Assembly: GCA_038087875.1 (NCBI GenBank)
Contig: CM075988.1
Location: 1,116,001-1,180,000, forward strand
DNA: 64,000 nt
Direction of reading: 5' to 3'
Source of the DNA: Malacoraja senta
Taxonomy: Eukaryota
Made by a program: the position numbers and the translations under genes. Below are positions 48,890-60,660 of this stretch, piece after piece. Under the pieces are notes generated by a model. That model ran no database searches and was not told the DNA's origin. It worked only from the letters and a program-made list of their open reading frames with translations. Numbering within the stretch: the first letter of the stretch is position 1; each line of letters starts with the position of its first letter.

Positions 48890-49985
48890 TGACTTTTCGG
48901 GTTGAGACCCTTCTTCAGACTGGTTAGGGATAAGGGAAACGAGAGAAATAGACGATGATGTAGAGAGATTCTAAGGGGAGTAGGAGGCAACCGTGGCTGA
49001 CAAGAGAAGTTAGGGATAGAATAAAACTAAAAGAAAAGATGTATAAAGATGTATAACACAGCAAACTGTCTGCCTTCAAGGGACCCACTAATGTTGGGCT
49101 TCATAACAAGAGGATTTCAGTGTAGGAGTAAAGAAGTTCTTTTGCAGTTGTATAGGACTGGAGTATTGTGTACAGTTTTGGTCTCCTAATTTAAGGAAGG
49201 ACATCCTTGTGATTGAGGCAGTGCAGCGTAGGTTCACGAGATTGATCCCTGGGATGGCGGGACTGTCATATGAGGAAAGATTGAAAAGACTAGGCTTGTA
49301 TTCACTGGAGTTTAGAAGGATGAGGGGGTATCTTATAGAAACATATAAAATTATAAAAGGACTGGACCAGCCGGATGCAGGAAAAATGTTCCCAATGTTG
49401 GGTGAGTCCAGAACCAGGGGCCACAGTCTTAGAATGAGGGCGAGGTCATTTAAGACTGAGGTGAGAAAAAAAAATTTCACCCAGAGAGTTGTGAATTTAT
49501 GGAATTCCCTGCCACAGAGGGCAGTGGAGGCCAAATCACTGGATGGATTTAAGAGAGAGTTTGATAGAGCTCTCGGGGCTAGTGGAATGAAGGGATATGG
49601 GGAGAAGGCAGGCACGGGTTATTGATACTGGATGATCAGCCATGATCGCAATGAATGGCAGTGCTGGCTCAAAGGGCCGAATGGGCTCCGCCTGCTCCTA
49701 TTTTCTATGTTTCTATGTTTCTATGAGATGAACAATGAATGAAAGATATGCAAAAGAGTAACGATGATAAAGGAAACAGGCCATTGTTAGCTGTTTGTTG
49801 GTGAAAACGAGAAGCTGCTGCGATTTGGGTGGGGGAGGATAGAGAGAGAGAGGGAATGCCAGGGCTACCTGAAGTTAGATAAATCAATATTCATACCACG
49901 TAAGCTGCCCAAGCGAAATATGAGATGCTGTTCCTCCAATTTGCGTTTAGCCTCACTCTGACAATGGAGGAGACCTAGGACAGAA
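48890..49985 (-). mobile_element. Penelope-like element 3' end (GIY-YIG endonuclease C-terminus, 3' UTR, hammerhead motif), split by a CR1
   Basis: ORF 49865-50047 contains SVLGLLHCQSEAKRKLEEQHLIFRLGSL-RGMNIDLSNF, matching the R...E..I..L....G.N motif of Penelope GIY-YIG domains. UTR at 49725-49865 and 48921-48968. Hammerhead-like CTGAAGAAGGGTCTCAACCCGAAAAGTC at 48890-48918. Confidence 0.75.
48969..49724 (+). mobile_element. CR1 LINE (family A), rearranged 3' fragment
   Basis: ORF 49209-49625 ending GYGEKAGTGY* and a (TTTCTATG)n tail. Confidence 0.92.
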
Positions 49986-50127
49986 TACATATTCTGTTGT
50001 GCTGCTGCAAGTAAGAATTTCATTGTTCTGCCTGGGACATATGACAATAAAACACTCTTGACAATCTTAGTCAGTGCAGCACTTCCATAGTTAAATGTTA
50101 TTGCTGTGTCTACCTGCCATCTTTAAA

Positions 50128-50450
50128 GGGCAGCACAGTGGTGCAGCTGGTAAAACTGCTGCCTCACAGCACCAGAGGATTTGATCCTGACCTCGGGTGC
50201 TGTCAGTGTTTGCACGTTCCCCCTGTGACCACGTGGGTTTCCTGCAGGTGCTCCAGTTTCCTCCCACATTCCAAAGATGTGCAGGTTATTAGGTTAATTG
50301 GCCTCTGTAAATTGTTCCTAGTTTGTAGGTCGTGAATGTGAAAGTGGTATAACATAGAACTAGCGTGAAGAGGTGATCGATGGTCGGTGTGGGTTCAGTG
50401 GGGTAAAAGGCATGCTTCCATGCTGTATTTCTAAACTAAACCAAAACTAA
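50128..50450 (+). mobile_element. tRNA-derived SINE (HE1/V-SINE-like)
   Basis: A-box-like gtggtgcagctggta, B-box-like gatttgatcc, conserved core and (CTAAA)n tail. Confidence 0.75.
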
Positions 50451-50625
50451 GCACTGGAATAGGCCATTCGGCCCACAACATCTGTGCTGCACATAATCCA
50501 TACCTCTCCATTCCCTGCATATCCACGTGTGGATCCAAAGGCCTCTTACCTACCTCTATCACCACCCCTGACAATGTGTTCCAGATACCCACCATTATCT
50601 GTGTAAAAAGGGTGGCCCACACGTT

Positions 50626-51420
50626 TATCTATATCTATACTATTACTAAAACTCTCATCTTGACCACTTCCAGTCTGCGTTGTTTTTAAATTTGCACATA
50701 AACTGTACCATATCTCTAGGATTTTTCACCCCCTTACTCACCATTCTCCTCTGCTCCAAGCGCACCAAGTTTTGTTCCGATCGGTGGAATATTAGAAAAG
50801 TTATGAAGGTTTAAAAAATCGTGATTGGTCTTCTCGCCTGTCAGTCACCATGAAGGTAATGCCCCTTCCAGGAGAGAGAATAAAGCCCCCAAGGCTGGGC
50901 ATGAGTCAGTCAGTCCAGAAGACTTGAGTGAGAGTTGAGTCCAGAACTATGAGTCCACAAGCCATGAATGAGTGAACTGTGAGTCCACAAGCCGTGAGCG
51001 AGTGAACTGTGAGTCCACCAGCCGTGAGTGAACTGTGAGTCCACCAGCCGTGAGTGAGTGAACTGTGAGCCCACCAACCGTGAGCGGGTGAACTGTGAGG
51101 CCACCAGCCGTGAGCGAGTGAACTGTGAGCCCACCAGCCATGAGCGAGTGAACTGTGAGCCCACCAGCCCTGAGCGAGCGAATTGTGAGTCCACCAGCTG
51201 TGAGCGAGTGAACTGTGTCCACCAGCCATGATTGAGTGAACTGTGAGTTCAAGAATCCATTCGGCCCACAATGTCCACACTAGCCCTCTGGAAATCAGTC
51301 CCTTCAGCCCACAGCACCCATACTAGCCCTCCAGAATGCCCCCCCCCCACTGACCACTGCCTGAAGCCGTCCACCTCCCCCGGCTGCAGGACGCTCCCCC
51401 CTCCCCCACCAGCCCAGCCT
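50626..51420 (+). mobile_element. Helitron-like non-autonomous element containing a ~30-bp minisatellite
   Basis: Starts TCTATATCTATACTATTACTAAAAC; shares long blocks with 48143-48862. Confidence 0.5.
50945..51250. repeat. Minisatellite, about 10 copies of GAGTGAACTGTGAG(T/C)CCACCAGCCGTGAGC
   Basis: Head-to-tail units of ~26-31 bp with no unique spacers. Confidence 0.9.
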
Positions 51421-51761
51421 GAAGCCGTGCCCCACTGGTAATGTGGGCAGGAGCCCCTTGGTATGAGCAGCTGCAACTGTGCAATGAGGTGAGTTGAGGA
51501 GCTTACAGTGTGCGGTCATCCAACACTACAGCAGCTGATTAGTGCTGCATCTTGAAAATAAATGTCAGGGGAGTCAGAACCTTCCCAAAACATTGGTCAT
51601 GGAGAGGGGGCGCTGTTCTGTACGACTGCCAGTCTTGCAGCTGTCCGTTTTTTTCACCACTTTTTTATTATTTTCAGCACGTTAAAGTGTGTAGATGGGG
51701 GCCTGATCTTTTTATGTGTGGGGGGTGGGGGGAGAAGGGGGAAACTGCTTTTTCCCCCTGG

Positions 51762-52712
51762 AAGCAACATCTCCAAGTTTGCGGATGACACTAAGCTGGG
51801 GGGCAGTGTTAGCTGTGAGGAGGATGCTAGGAGACTGCAAGGTGACTTGGATAGGCTGGGTGAGTGGGCAAATGTTTGGCAGATGCAGTATAATGTGGAT
51901 AAATGTGAGGTTATCCACTTTGGTGGCAAAAACGGGAAGGCAGACTATTATCTAAATGGTGTCCGATTAGGAAATGGGGAGATGCAGCGAGACCTGGGTG
52001 TCATGGTACACCAGTCATTGAAAGTAGGCGTGCAGGTGCAGCAGGCAGTGAAGAAAGCGAATGGTATGTTGGCCTTCATAGCAAGAGGATTTGAGTATAG
52101 GAGCAGGGAGGTTCTACTGCAGTTGTACAGGGTCTTGGTGAGACCACACCTGGAGTATTGCGTACAGTTTTGGTCTCCAAATCTGAGGAAGGACATTATA
52201 GCCATAGAGGGAGTGCAGAGAAGGTTCACCAGACTGATTCCTGGGATGTCAGGACTTTCATATGAAGAAAGACTGGATAGACTTGGCTTATACTCGCTAG
52301 AATTTAGGAGATTGAGAGGGGATCTTATAGAAACGTACAAAATTCTTATGGGGTTGGACAGGCTAGATGCAGGAAGATTGTTCCCGATGTTGGGGAAGTC
52401 CAGGACAAGGGGTCACAGCTTAAGGATAAGGGGGAAATCCTTTAAAACCGAGATGAGGAAAAACTTTTTCACACAGAGAGTGGTGAATCTCTGGAACTCT
52501 CTGCCACAGAGGGTAGTTGAGGCCAGTTCATTGGCTATATTTAAGAGGGAGTTAGATGTGGCCCTTGTGGCTAAAGGGATCAGGGGGTATGGAGAGAAGG
52601 CAGGTACGGGATACTGAGTTGGATGATCAGCCATGATCATATTGAATGGCAGGCTCGAAGGGCCGAATGGCCTACTCCTGCACCTATTTTCTATGTATCT
52701 ATGTATCTATGT
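51762..52712 (+). mobile_element. CR1 LINE (family A) 3' fragment, young
   Basis: Open frame SNISKFADDTKL...GYGEKAGTGY*, nearly identical to 25258-26200, with a (TCTATGTA)n tail. Confidence 0.95.
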
Positions 52713-52719
52713 ATTTTTT

Positions 52720-53000
52720 ATGTTGTTATGTTATGTTATTAGACTTTAGAGATACAGCGTGGAACAGGCCCTTCAGCCCACCGAGTCCGCACCAACCAAC
52801 GTTCACCCCATGCACTTGCACTATCCTACACATTAGGGACAATTTGAAATTTACGGACGTCAATTAACCTACAAATCTGCACATTTTTGGAGTGTGGGAG
52901 GAAACTGGAGCACCCGGAGAAAACCCACGTGGTCACAGGGAGAACATGCAAACTCCGTACAGAGAGCACCCATGGTCAGGATCGAATCCAGGTCTCTGGC
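52720..53000 (-). mobile_element. tRNA-derived SINE (HE1/V-SINE-like)
   Basis: Same core as 18115-18408; B-box-like GATTCGATCC on the minus strand. Confidence 0.7.
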
Positions 53001-53353
53001 CCTATAATAGCCTCCAAAATTTTCAGTCTGCAAAGAGACAACCACTAAGATGGGGAAAATCTGGACAGTCCAACATCCACCTCGATGCCATCTCTGCCAA
53101 TCCCACAGTTGGCAGCAACCTGCAACTTGAGGGAAAGACTATTTGTTTATTAAGAGGATGTTTATGTATGTGGGTTGGATTTGGTTAAATCACAGTGTGT
53201 TCCTGTTTGCATCTTAGGCATTAGGTCCGCATACTCTGCCAAGGAACAATGTGACCCGTCACTATGGCCAACAGGGCAAGAGCTCACCAGAGTAAACAAG
53301 ACACACTATAAATGGAATGAATCTCAGATGAGGCAACACACACTCATTTCCAG

Positions 53354-53359
53354 TTTATT
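53354..53359 (-). promoter_or_regulatory. Probable polyadenylation signal of the ST14-like gene (3' UTR ~53340-54823)
   Basis: First clear AATAAA that I found on the minus strand after the stop codon, followed by GT-rich gagtgtgtgttg. Confidence 0.6.
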
Positions 53360-54823
53360 TTTAGTAGAAAAATTTGAATATAAAAACACTGGTGAGCATG
53401 AAACTGACCTCCAGTGTGAAAGCAGACAGTACAATGTGAAATGGTGGCACGTGTGTGAAAGGCACTCCTGCATCCGTCTGTTCACAGGGCCACACATACA
53501 TTGGCACCGGCAACCACTGGCTGATCAGCTCTGCCAAAGGAACACTGTTCAGGACATTGAGGCACAGGGGCTACAGATGGGAGGAACAACTGCAGATGCT
53601 GATTTACACCAAAGACAGACTCGAAGTGCTGGAGTAACTCAGTGGGTCAGGCAGGATCTCTGGAAAGAAGGAATAGGTGACATTTCAGGTCGTCTAAATA
53701 AGGGTGTCGACCTGAAACGCCATTCCTTTTCTCCAGAGACGCTGCCCGACCTACAGACGGTAGAGATGGGACCAATGATCCATCAGCGTGTCGGGCAGCC
53801 TCTGTGGAGGAGGGAGAAATTGTCAAACCCTGTGTCCGGGGGTTTCTACCCAAACCATCAGCAATGTCTCCTCCGCAGATGCCGCTCGACACGTGGAGCC
53901 CCCGCAGCTGATTGACCGGTTGCTATTTAGGGAGAGGGTTCAGTGTGGCGTGGGTATGTGCCCCCCCCCCTAGTGGCACAGGGACAACAACAACCCCTCA
54001 CCATGTCCACATCATCGCCAACTGGTCCTCTGCACCAGTCTGTCAACATGGACTCACTCCTTCATGCTTCACATTTAAAACCAAGGGGGCAGAGGGGCAA
54101 CGTGAACCGGCACAGCAGCACCACTGCACGGCAGCACTCCCGACGAGACCAGAGCGCAGAGGGTGAGGGGGCAGAAAGATCCCGCAGCCCCCTCTATGAG
54201 CAGACCCCTCACTGCACCAAGCACCTCCTCAAGCAGAGTCTCTGGCTGAAGTGTGCTGGGAGTGAGGGGAGAGGGGGGGAGGGAGACTTAGAAAAGGGTT
54301 TAACCCCAATGCCACGTTATGTACCTCACACAGACAGGCGGGATGGGTCTGAGGGTCGTTGGAAGGTCAGTGATACTAACAGACATGTAGTTCAGCAGAT
54401 CATCCAGCAAATGATGCACGGACTTCCCTTCACAGTCTCAACAAGTGAGCGGAGGAAACTAAACTGCAGTTTGTGAGCAACCTTCCTCATCGCAGCGCAG
54501 TCTGACCAAGCCCACCCCAGGGGGGAGATGAGGGGAGGGTGGGTAAGGAGTGGTGGGGAGGAAGGATGGGGAGGGGGGTCACTGCAGTATTCCAGCTCAC
54601 TGTACTAATCCCCTCATCCACAGACCCTCCCACCCCACCATTATTCAGAACACTAAATAACCAATCACCCCACAAAATCTTCATTGATGGCATTGATTAG
54701 ACGAGCCTGTACATTATCTACAAGTTGGGCGAGTGTGGAGCAGGATCAGTGCCAGCGTGAGCTCCACACCGCTACTCCGTGATGGGACGATGTTTGGGTA
54801 CCCAGGCTGGAGTGAGTCCACGT

Positions 54824-54985
54824 CTACAATCCAGTGTGTCCCCTGATCCACTCCCGGAACTTGGAGACCTTGGTGTAGATGCCGGGCTTGTTCTTCCTGG
54901 CACAGCCGTCTCCCCAGCTGACAATGCCGGCCAGGAACACCTTGCCGTTTTCCTCCACGCTGGACATCGGGCCGCCAGAATCCCC
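54824..54985 (-). CDS. ST14: Last coding exon of a matriptase (ST14)-like serine protease, containing the catalytic Ser
   Basis: tttcAG acceptor, then [54 protein letters not shown]-x-S-S (no Cys201), SWGDGC, NKPG and the terminal TG-aliphatic residue match matriptase rather than TMPRSS6 or TMPRSS7. Confidence 0.9.
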   Translation of the reverse strand, partial: GDSGGPMSSVEENGKVFLAGIVSWGDGCARKNKPGIYTKVSKFREWIRGHTGL

Positions 54986-55154
54986 CTGAAACCACACAGC
55001 GAACGGTCAGTGCCAGGACCAGCGGGGCAGTGGCACGGGCTGGGACAACACTGAACACAGTCGTCAGCACAACCCCACACCCCCTGCCCCTCTTCCCCTC
55101 CCTGACGCTCTGTGTCACTCCCCCCCTCACTGCCACTCTGTGTCACTCTCTACG

Positions 55155-57432
55155 AATGGAGACGGAGGTGTCAGCATTACAGTTGAACAAAGGGGACTAT
55201 GGAGCCATGAGGGAGGAGCTGGCCAAAGTTGACTGGAAATATACCCTAGCAGGGGTGACAGTGGAACAACAATGGCAGGTATTTCTGGGAATAATACAGA
55301 AGGTACAGGATCAGTTCATTCCAAAGAGGAAGAAAAATTCCAAGAGGAGTAAGGGGCGATCGTGGCTGACAAGGGAAGTCAGGGACAGTATAAAAATAAA
55401 AGAGAAGAAGTACAACATAAAAAAGATGAGCGGGAAGCCAGAGGATTGGGTAACGTTTAAAGAGCAACAGAAGATAACTAAAAAGGCAATCGTGGAGAAA
55501 AGATGAGGTACGAAGGTAAACTAGCCAAGAATATAAAGGAGGATAGTAAAAGCTTCTTTAGGTATGTGAAGAAGAAAAAAATAGTTAAGGCCAAAGTTGG
55601 ACCCTTGAAGACTGAAAAGGGTGAATTTATTATGGGGAACAAGGAAATGGCAGATGAGTTGAACAGGTACTTTGGATCCGTCTTCACTAAGGAGGACACA
55701 AACAATCTTCCTGATGTACTAGTGGCCAGAGGATCTGGGGTGACGGAGCAACTGAAGGAAATCCACATTAGGCAGGAAATGGTGTTGGGTAGACTGATGG
55801 GACTGAAAACTGATAAATCCCTCATGGTCTGCATCCCAGGGTACTTAAGGAAGTGACTCTAGAAATGGTGGACGCATTGATGATCATTTTCCAATGTTCT
55901 ATAGATTCAGGATCAGTTCCTGTGGATTGGAAGGTAGCTAATGTTCAAGTTCAAGTTCAAGTGAGTTTATCGTCATGTGTCCCTGATAGGACAATGAAAT
56001 TCTTGCTTTGCTTCAGCACAACAGAATGTTATCCCACTTTTTAAGAAAGGCAGGAGAAAGAAAACAGGGAATTATAGACCAGTTAGCCTAACATCAGTGG
56101 TGTGGAAGATGCTGGAGACAATCATAAAAGGTGAAATAGCCGCACATTTGGATAGCAGTAACAGGATCGGTCCGAGTCAGCACGGATTTACGAAGGGGAA
56201 ATCATGCTTGACTAAATTTTTGAGGATGTAACTAGGAAAATGGACAAGGGAGAGCCAGTGGATGTAGTGTACCTGGACTTTCAGAAAGTATTTGATAAGG
56301 TCCCACATGGATTAGTGGGCAAAATTAGAGCACATGGTAGTGGGGGTAGAGCGCTGACATGGATAGAAAATTGGTTGGCAGACAGGAAACAAAGAGTAGG
56401 GATTACCGGGTCCCTTTCAGAATGGCAGACAATGACTAGTGGGGTACCGCAAGGGTCAGTGCTGGGACCGCAGCTATTTACAATATATATTAATGATTTA
56501 GATGAAGGGATTACAAGTAACATTGGCAATTTGCAGATGACACAAAGCTGGGTGGTAGTGTGAACTGTGAGGAGGATGCTATGAGAATGCTGGGTGTCTT
56601 GGACAGGTTGAGTGAGTGGGCAGATGCATGGCTGATGCAGTTTAATGTGGATAAATGTGAGGTTATCCACTTTGGTAGCCAAAACAGGGATGTAGATTAT
56701 TATCTAAATGGTGTCAAGTTGGGAAAAGGAGAAGTACAATGGGATCTGGGGGTCCTTGTTCATCAGTCAATGAAAGTAAGCATGCAAGTACAGCAGGCAG
56801 TGAAGAAAGCGAATGGTATGTTGGTCTTCATAGCAAGAGGTGAGTATAGGAGCAAAGAGGTACTTCCGCAGTTGTACAGGGCCTTAGTGAGACCACACCT
56901 GGAGTATTGTGTGCAGTTTTGGTCTCCAAATTTGCGGAAGAACATTCCTTCTATTGAGGGAGTGCAGAGTCAGATCACAAGGATAATTCCCGGGACGTTA
57001 GGACAGTCATATGCTGAGAGAATGGAGCGGCTGGGCTTGTATACTGGAGTTTAGAAGGATGAGAGGATATCTTATTGAAACATATAAGATTATTAAGGGT
57101 TTGGACACGCTAGAGGCAGGAAACATGTTCCCGATGTTGGGGGAGTCCAGAACCATGGGCCACAGTTTAGGGATAAGTCATTTAGAACGGAGATGAGGAA
57201 ACACTTTTTCACACAGAGAGTTGTGAGTCTGTGGAATTCTCTGCCTCAAAGGGCGGTGGAAGCTGGTTCTCTGGATACTTTCAAGAGAGAACTAGATAGG
57301 GCCCTTAAAGATAGCGGAGTCAGGGGATATGGGGTGAAGGCAGGAATGGGCTACTGATTGTGAATGATCAGCCATGATCACATGATCGAAGGGCCGAATG
57401 GCCTACTCCTGGACTTATTGTCTAATGTCTAT
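55155..57432 (+). mobile_element. CR1 LINE, 5'-truncated and frameshifted, antisense in the last intron; contains an ~80-bp insert at ~55946-56024 with TSD AATGTT
   Basis: ORFs 55503-55856, 56240-56563 and 56560-57054 carry CR1 RT motifs; degenerate tail at ~57420. Confidence 0.92.
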
Positions 57433-58768
57433 TGTCCTCCTCCCTGCCACTCCCTGTTCCATTCCCCCACACTCAGGGTGTCTCCGCTGCCACTCCCTGA
57501 GTCTCCTCTTCCATGGTTCTTGGCCAAACCAAGGGTGAAACATCTGAGTCTACATTTGCCTGCAACCCCACTTGTTGCATCAAACAATTCCCCAGAGGCA
57601 ACAGCTGGCAGAAGAAGCTAAGTATCAAACACCAAAGCTGCAGATACCTGACCTTGTCACACCTCCCCACAGTTCCAGCCTCACCCCATTCCTCATGAAC
57701 CTCAACCATACTGTACCCACCTTCCGCTGCCCAGCCTGCCATGAACAACTCTACCCTCTGCAGTAACGAGCTAGATTCCAAGCTGAATCACTGCGCCCTG
57801 TCCCTCCCTCAATGCACTAGTTGATTCATCAACAGCTCTGTGTTTAGAGAGCACAGGCCAGGTCAGTGGTTGGCGAACTACTGAAAGAGATTCCCATGAA
57901 GAGGATGAATCTACACTTGTAAAGGCAGCCTTTGATTAGGAAGCGCTGTCCGACAAGTTTAAATTGGCTTATTGATGAGGTAATCAATGTATTGGTGAGG
58001 CCGATGCAGTTGTGTGGTTTATGTGGACTTGGTCCAAAAGGAGTCCATGGAATTCATGGCAAATTAAATCCCAAATGGACTTGCTTTGTGATTGAATGCT
58101 GATGGCCATAGGCAGACAAGAGGCTGGAACCTTCTGTGTGTTGGATACCTCAGGCTTAAGCACCCTGTAGGGGATGGAGACGGATCCCGCACAACACAGC
58201 ACTCTCATCCCATCTGCAGTTAATTCACAAAGGCATTATAGGCTATCGACCAAACACTGGTAAATGGGGCTCGATTGTTGGCACAGGCCTGATGGGCCGA
58301 AGGGCCTGTTTCTCTCTTGTATGACTTCACCAGGAAGTCAGCAAGAATTCCAGCTACAAATACCGCATGCTGGATTCCAGGTTTGAAGTGTTGTGTCTTA
58401 TTAAGTTTAACTGAATGAGAGGAAGGCAGTAACTGACCAAAATGAAAGTGCAGGAAATGACCCGGTTTATAGGGACAGGGAGTGTGTAGAGTCAGTTACT
58501 GAGGGCAGATGGGCAGTCTCTACCTGCTACAGAGCCACAGTAGGCCCACATACAACCCGTTGTACAACTGAGGCAGATCGCAGGCAGTCAACTAGTCTAC
58601 AGGGGGCATGTGAGGGGCCTGGGACAGTGGAAGAGGCAGCAGGGGGCAATGTGAGTGGGACATGCATGGGCAAGGGGTGTGAGGACTTGGGGAGACACTC
58701 AGGATAGGATGCCTGACTCAATTTCTCCACATCTACCCCCTGGATGATGTCCCCGTTCTTCAGTAAGC

Positions 58769-58997
58769 TTGTGTAGGAAAGAACTGCAGATACTGGTATA
58801 AATCAAAGATAGACATAAAATGCTGGAGTAACTCAGCGGGACAGGCAGCATCTCTGGAGAGAAGGAATGGGTGACGTTTTGGGTCGAGTCACTACTTCAG
58901 TCTGAACAAGGGTGTCGACCCGAAACGTCACCCATTCCTTCTCTCCAGAGATGCTGCCTGTCCCGCTGAGTTACTCCAGCATTTTGTGTCTATCTTT
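58769..58997. mobile_element. Head-to-head inverted pair of hammerhead-bearing Penelope-derived units (long hairpin)
   Basis: ~95-bp arms centred on cttcag-t-ctgaa at 58901; both cores mutated (CTGAAcA and CTGAAGtA...cAAA); TSD AGTAAGC at 58762-58768 and 58998-59004. Confidence 0.8.
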
Positions 58998-59473
58998 AGT
59001 AAGCATGGTTCCCCCCTGCTTCCCCCACCCACGTCTCCTCTGTCTCCCGTAGTTCTGCTCCCACTCACCCTGGCCCCATTCATACCTTGCAGCTGGTCAA
59101 ACTGGAAACGGGGGACTGAGTGGCCGAAGGTGCCGGGTAACCAGCAGGCCCCTGGGGTTCCGTTGCCCAGGTGAGGAGCTGTCTGCACCGGCCTACCTAG
59201 TGCATCGATGCCCCACTTCCACCAGGGCCACACACACCGCAGCGAGGGTGAGGGACACACAGGAAACAGGGGATTGAGCAGGAGCGTGTTGGTGGAGCGA
59301 GTGCACCATGTGTGAGGAGCTGTGGGCATGGCCTTACCTGGCACTCCCTCACAGTAAGGGTGCGTGCGAGCCACAGTACATATCGGGGGATTTGGCCAGG
59401 GGTGGTCTGATGGAGCGAGCGAGTGAGCGGGTCCCCCAGATTCCCTGTCCCCAGTCCCTTGCCCGTGCCGTAC

Positions 59474-59610
59474 CTGGCAGGCGTCAATGGCACCACTCAG
59501 GTAGCCGGCACACAGCATGCGGCTGGTGACAACGCCGCTCAGCAGATCGTTGCAGGTCCTCCTGCGGATGATGCGGACTTCAGCTTTCTGCAAGACTTTG
59601 GCCACCGCAC
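59474..59610 (-). CDS. ST14: Penultimate exon (137 bp, phase 1 to phase 0) of the ST14-like protease
   Basis: ctctcgctgcAG / GTacgg splice sites. Encodes (G)AVAKVLQKAEVRIIRRRTCNDLLSGVVTSRMLCAGYLSGAIDACQ, in frame with GDSGGP. Asp189 indicates trypsin-like specificity. Confidence 0.92.
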
Positions 59611-60319
59611 CTGCAGCGAGAGAGAGATACAGCTCCAACATCAACACTCCCCTTCCACACCCCTACTGACTGCCGCTGCCCCACACACACACGGGGCATC
59701 TGCCACAGCCGTGCCCACAGGCAGCGGGGTACACACTCCCCTTGCACCCACTCCCCCTGCACACCCCCCCTGCACCCACCCCCCCTGCACCCCCTCCCTG
59801 CACCCACCCCCCCTGAACCCAGGGAAGGCGGCAGCTTCAGAAGGATGGAAATCAGGACAGCCCAGATTTCAATTTTTCTGAAGAATAAAGAACACAAACT
59901 GCTGGAGGACCTCAGTGGTTCAGGCAGCATCTGTGGAAGCAAATGGACAGACACAGTTTTGGTAGAGAGAGGTGAACAGGGAACGAGGAGGGGCAGAGAG
60001 GGGATGGGAGGGGCGGGAAGTGAACGGGGGAGGGGGGTCATGACGGGTGGGGAGAGGACCGGAGGGGCAGAGAGGTGTCGAGAGGAGGCGAGGTGTTAAG
60101 AGGAAGATGTATCACAGTCCATCACACAGACCAGCCTCCGCACCATCACGCTGCCTTGGGAAAGTATCCGATAGAATCCAGCATCCCCCACACCCGGTCA
60201 TCACCTCCTTCCCCATCTGCCAGGAGGCAGACGATACAAAATGCTGCAAGCTGCAGCACTTCCTCTGACGTCCACACTTGAATGGCCCTCTCATTTGCTC
60301 GGCATGAGTCCTACTCCAT

Positions 60320-60435
60320 CAGACTGAAGAAGAGCCTCGCCCAAAATGCCGGCTGTAGATTCCACAGATGCAGCCTGACCCACTGAGTTCCTCCAGCATT
60401 TTGTGTTTTGCTCCAGATTCCAGCAACTGCAGTAT
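60320..60435 (+). mobile_element. Older degenerate copy of the hammerhead-bearing short element; related fragments at ~59885-59965, ~60590-60655 and ~53584-53752
   Basis: gaCTGAAGAagagcctcgcccaaaa...cacagatgcagcctgacccactgagttcctccagcattttgtg. Confidence 0.65.
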
Positions 60436-60660
60436 TTTGTATCTGGGCTTTGGAGGTGTGGTCTGTGTGGACTGAGCTAGACGTACAGTGTTACAAGCGT
60501 GGTCTCTACAGAGTATCGAAGGTCTAGCTCGCTGTGGGCTAGCTGCTCCAATGAGGGTTTGTTTTACGGCAGGAAAAACGTAAAACAAGACTAGAAATCT
60601 GAAACCAGAAACTGCTGGTGACACTCAACTGGTCAGGCAGCATCTGTGGAAAGAGAGTTA

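Noticed and set aside
50945..51250. ~30-bp repeat array resembling CRISPR
   Set aside because: No unique spacers, no cas genes, eukaryotic context; it is a minisatellite.
53175..54476. 246-aa and 177-aa plus-strand ORFs
   Set aside because: Antisense to the probable ST14 3' UTR, partly repeat-derived, and no recognisable domain.
57530..58120. Additional exon or conserved element in the last intron
   Set aside because: The flanking exons already join in frame, and the sequence resembles very old Penelope and CR1 decay.
58928..59647. 239-aa single-exon protease ORF
   Set aside because: Only 59474-59610 is protease-like and bounded by splice sites; the rest is intron read-through.
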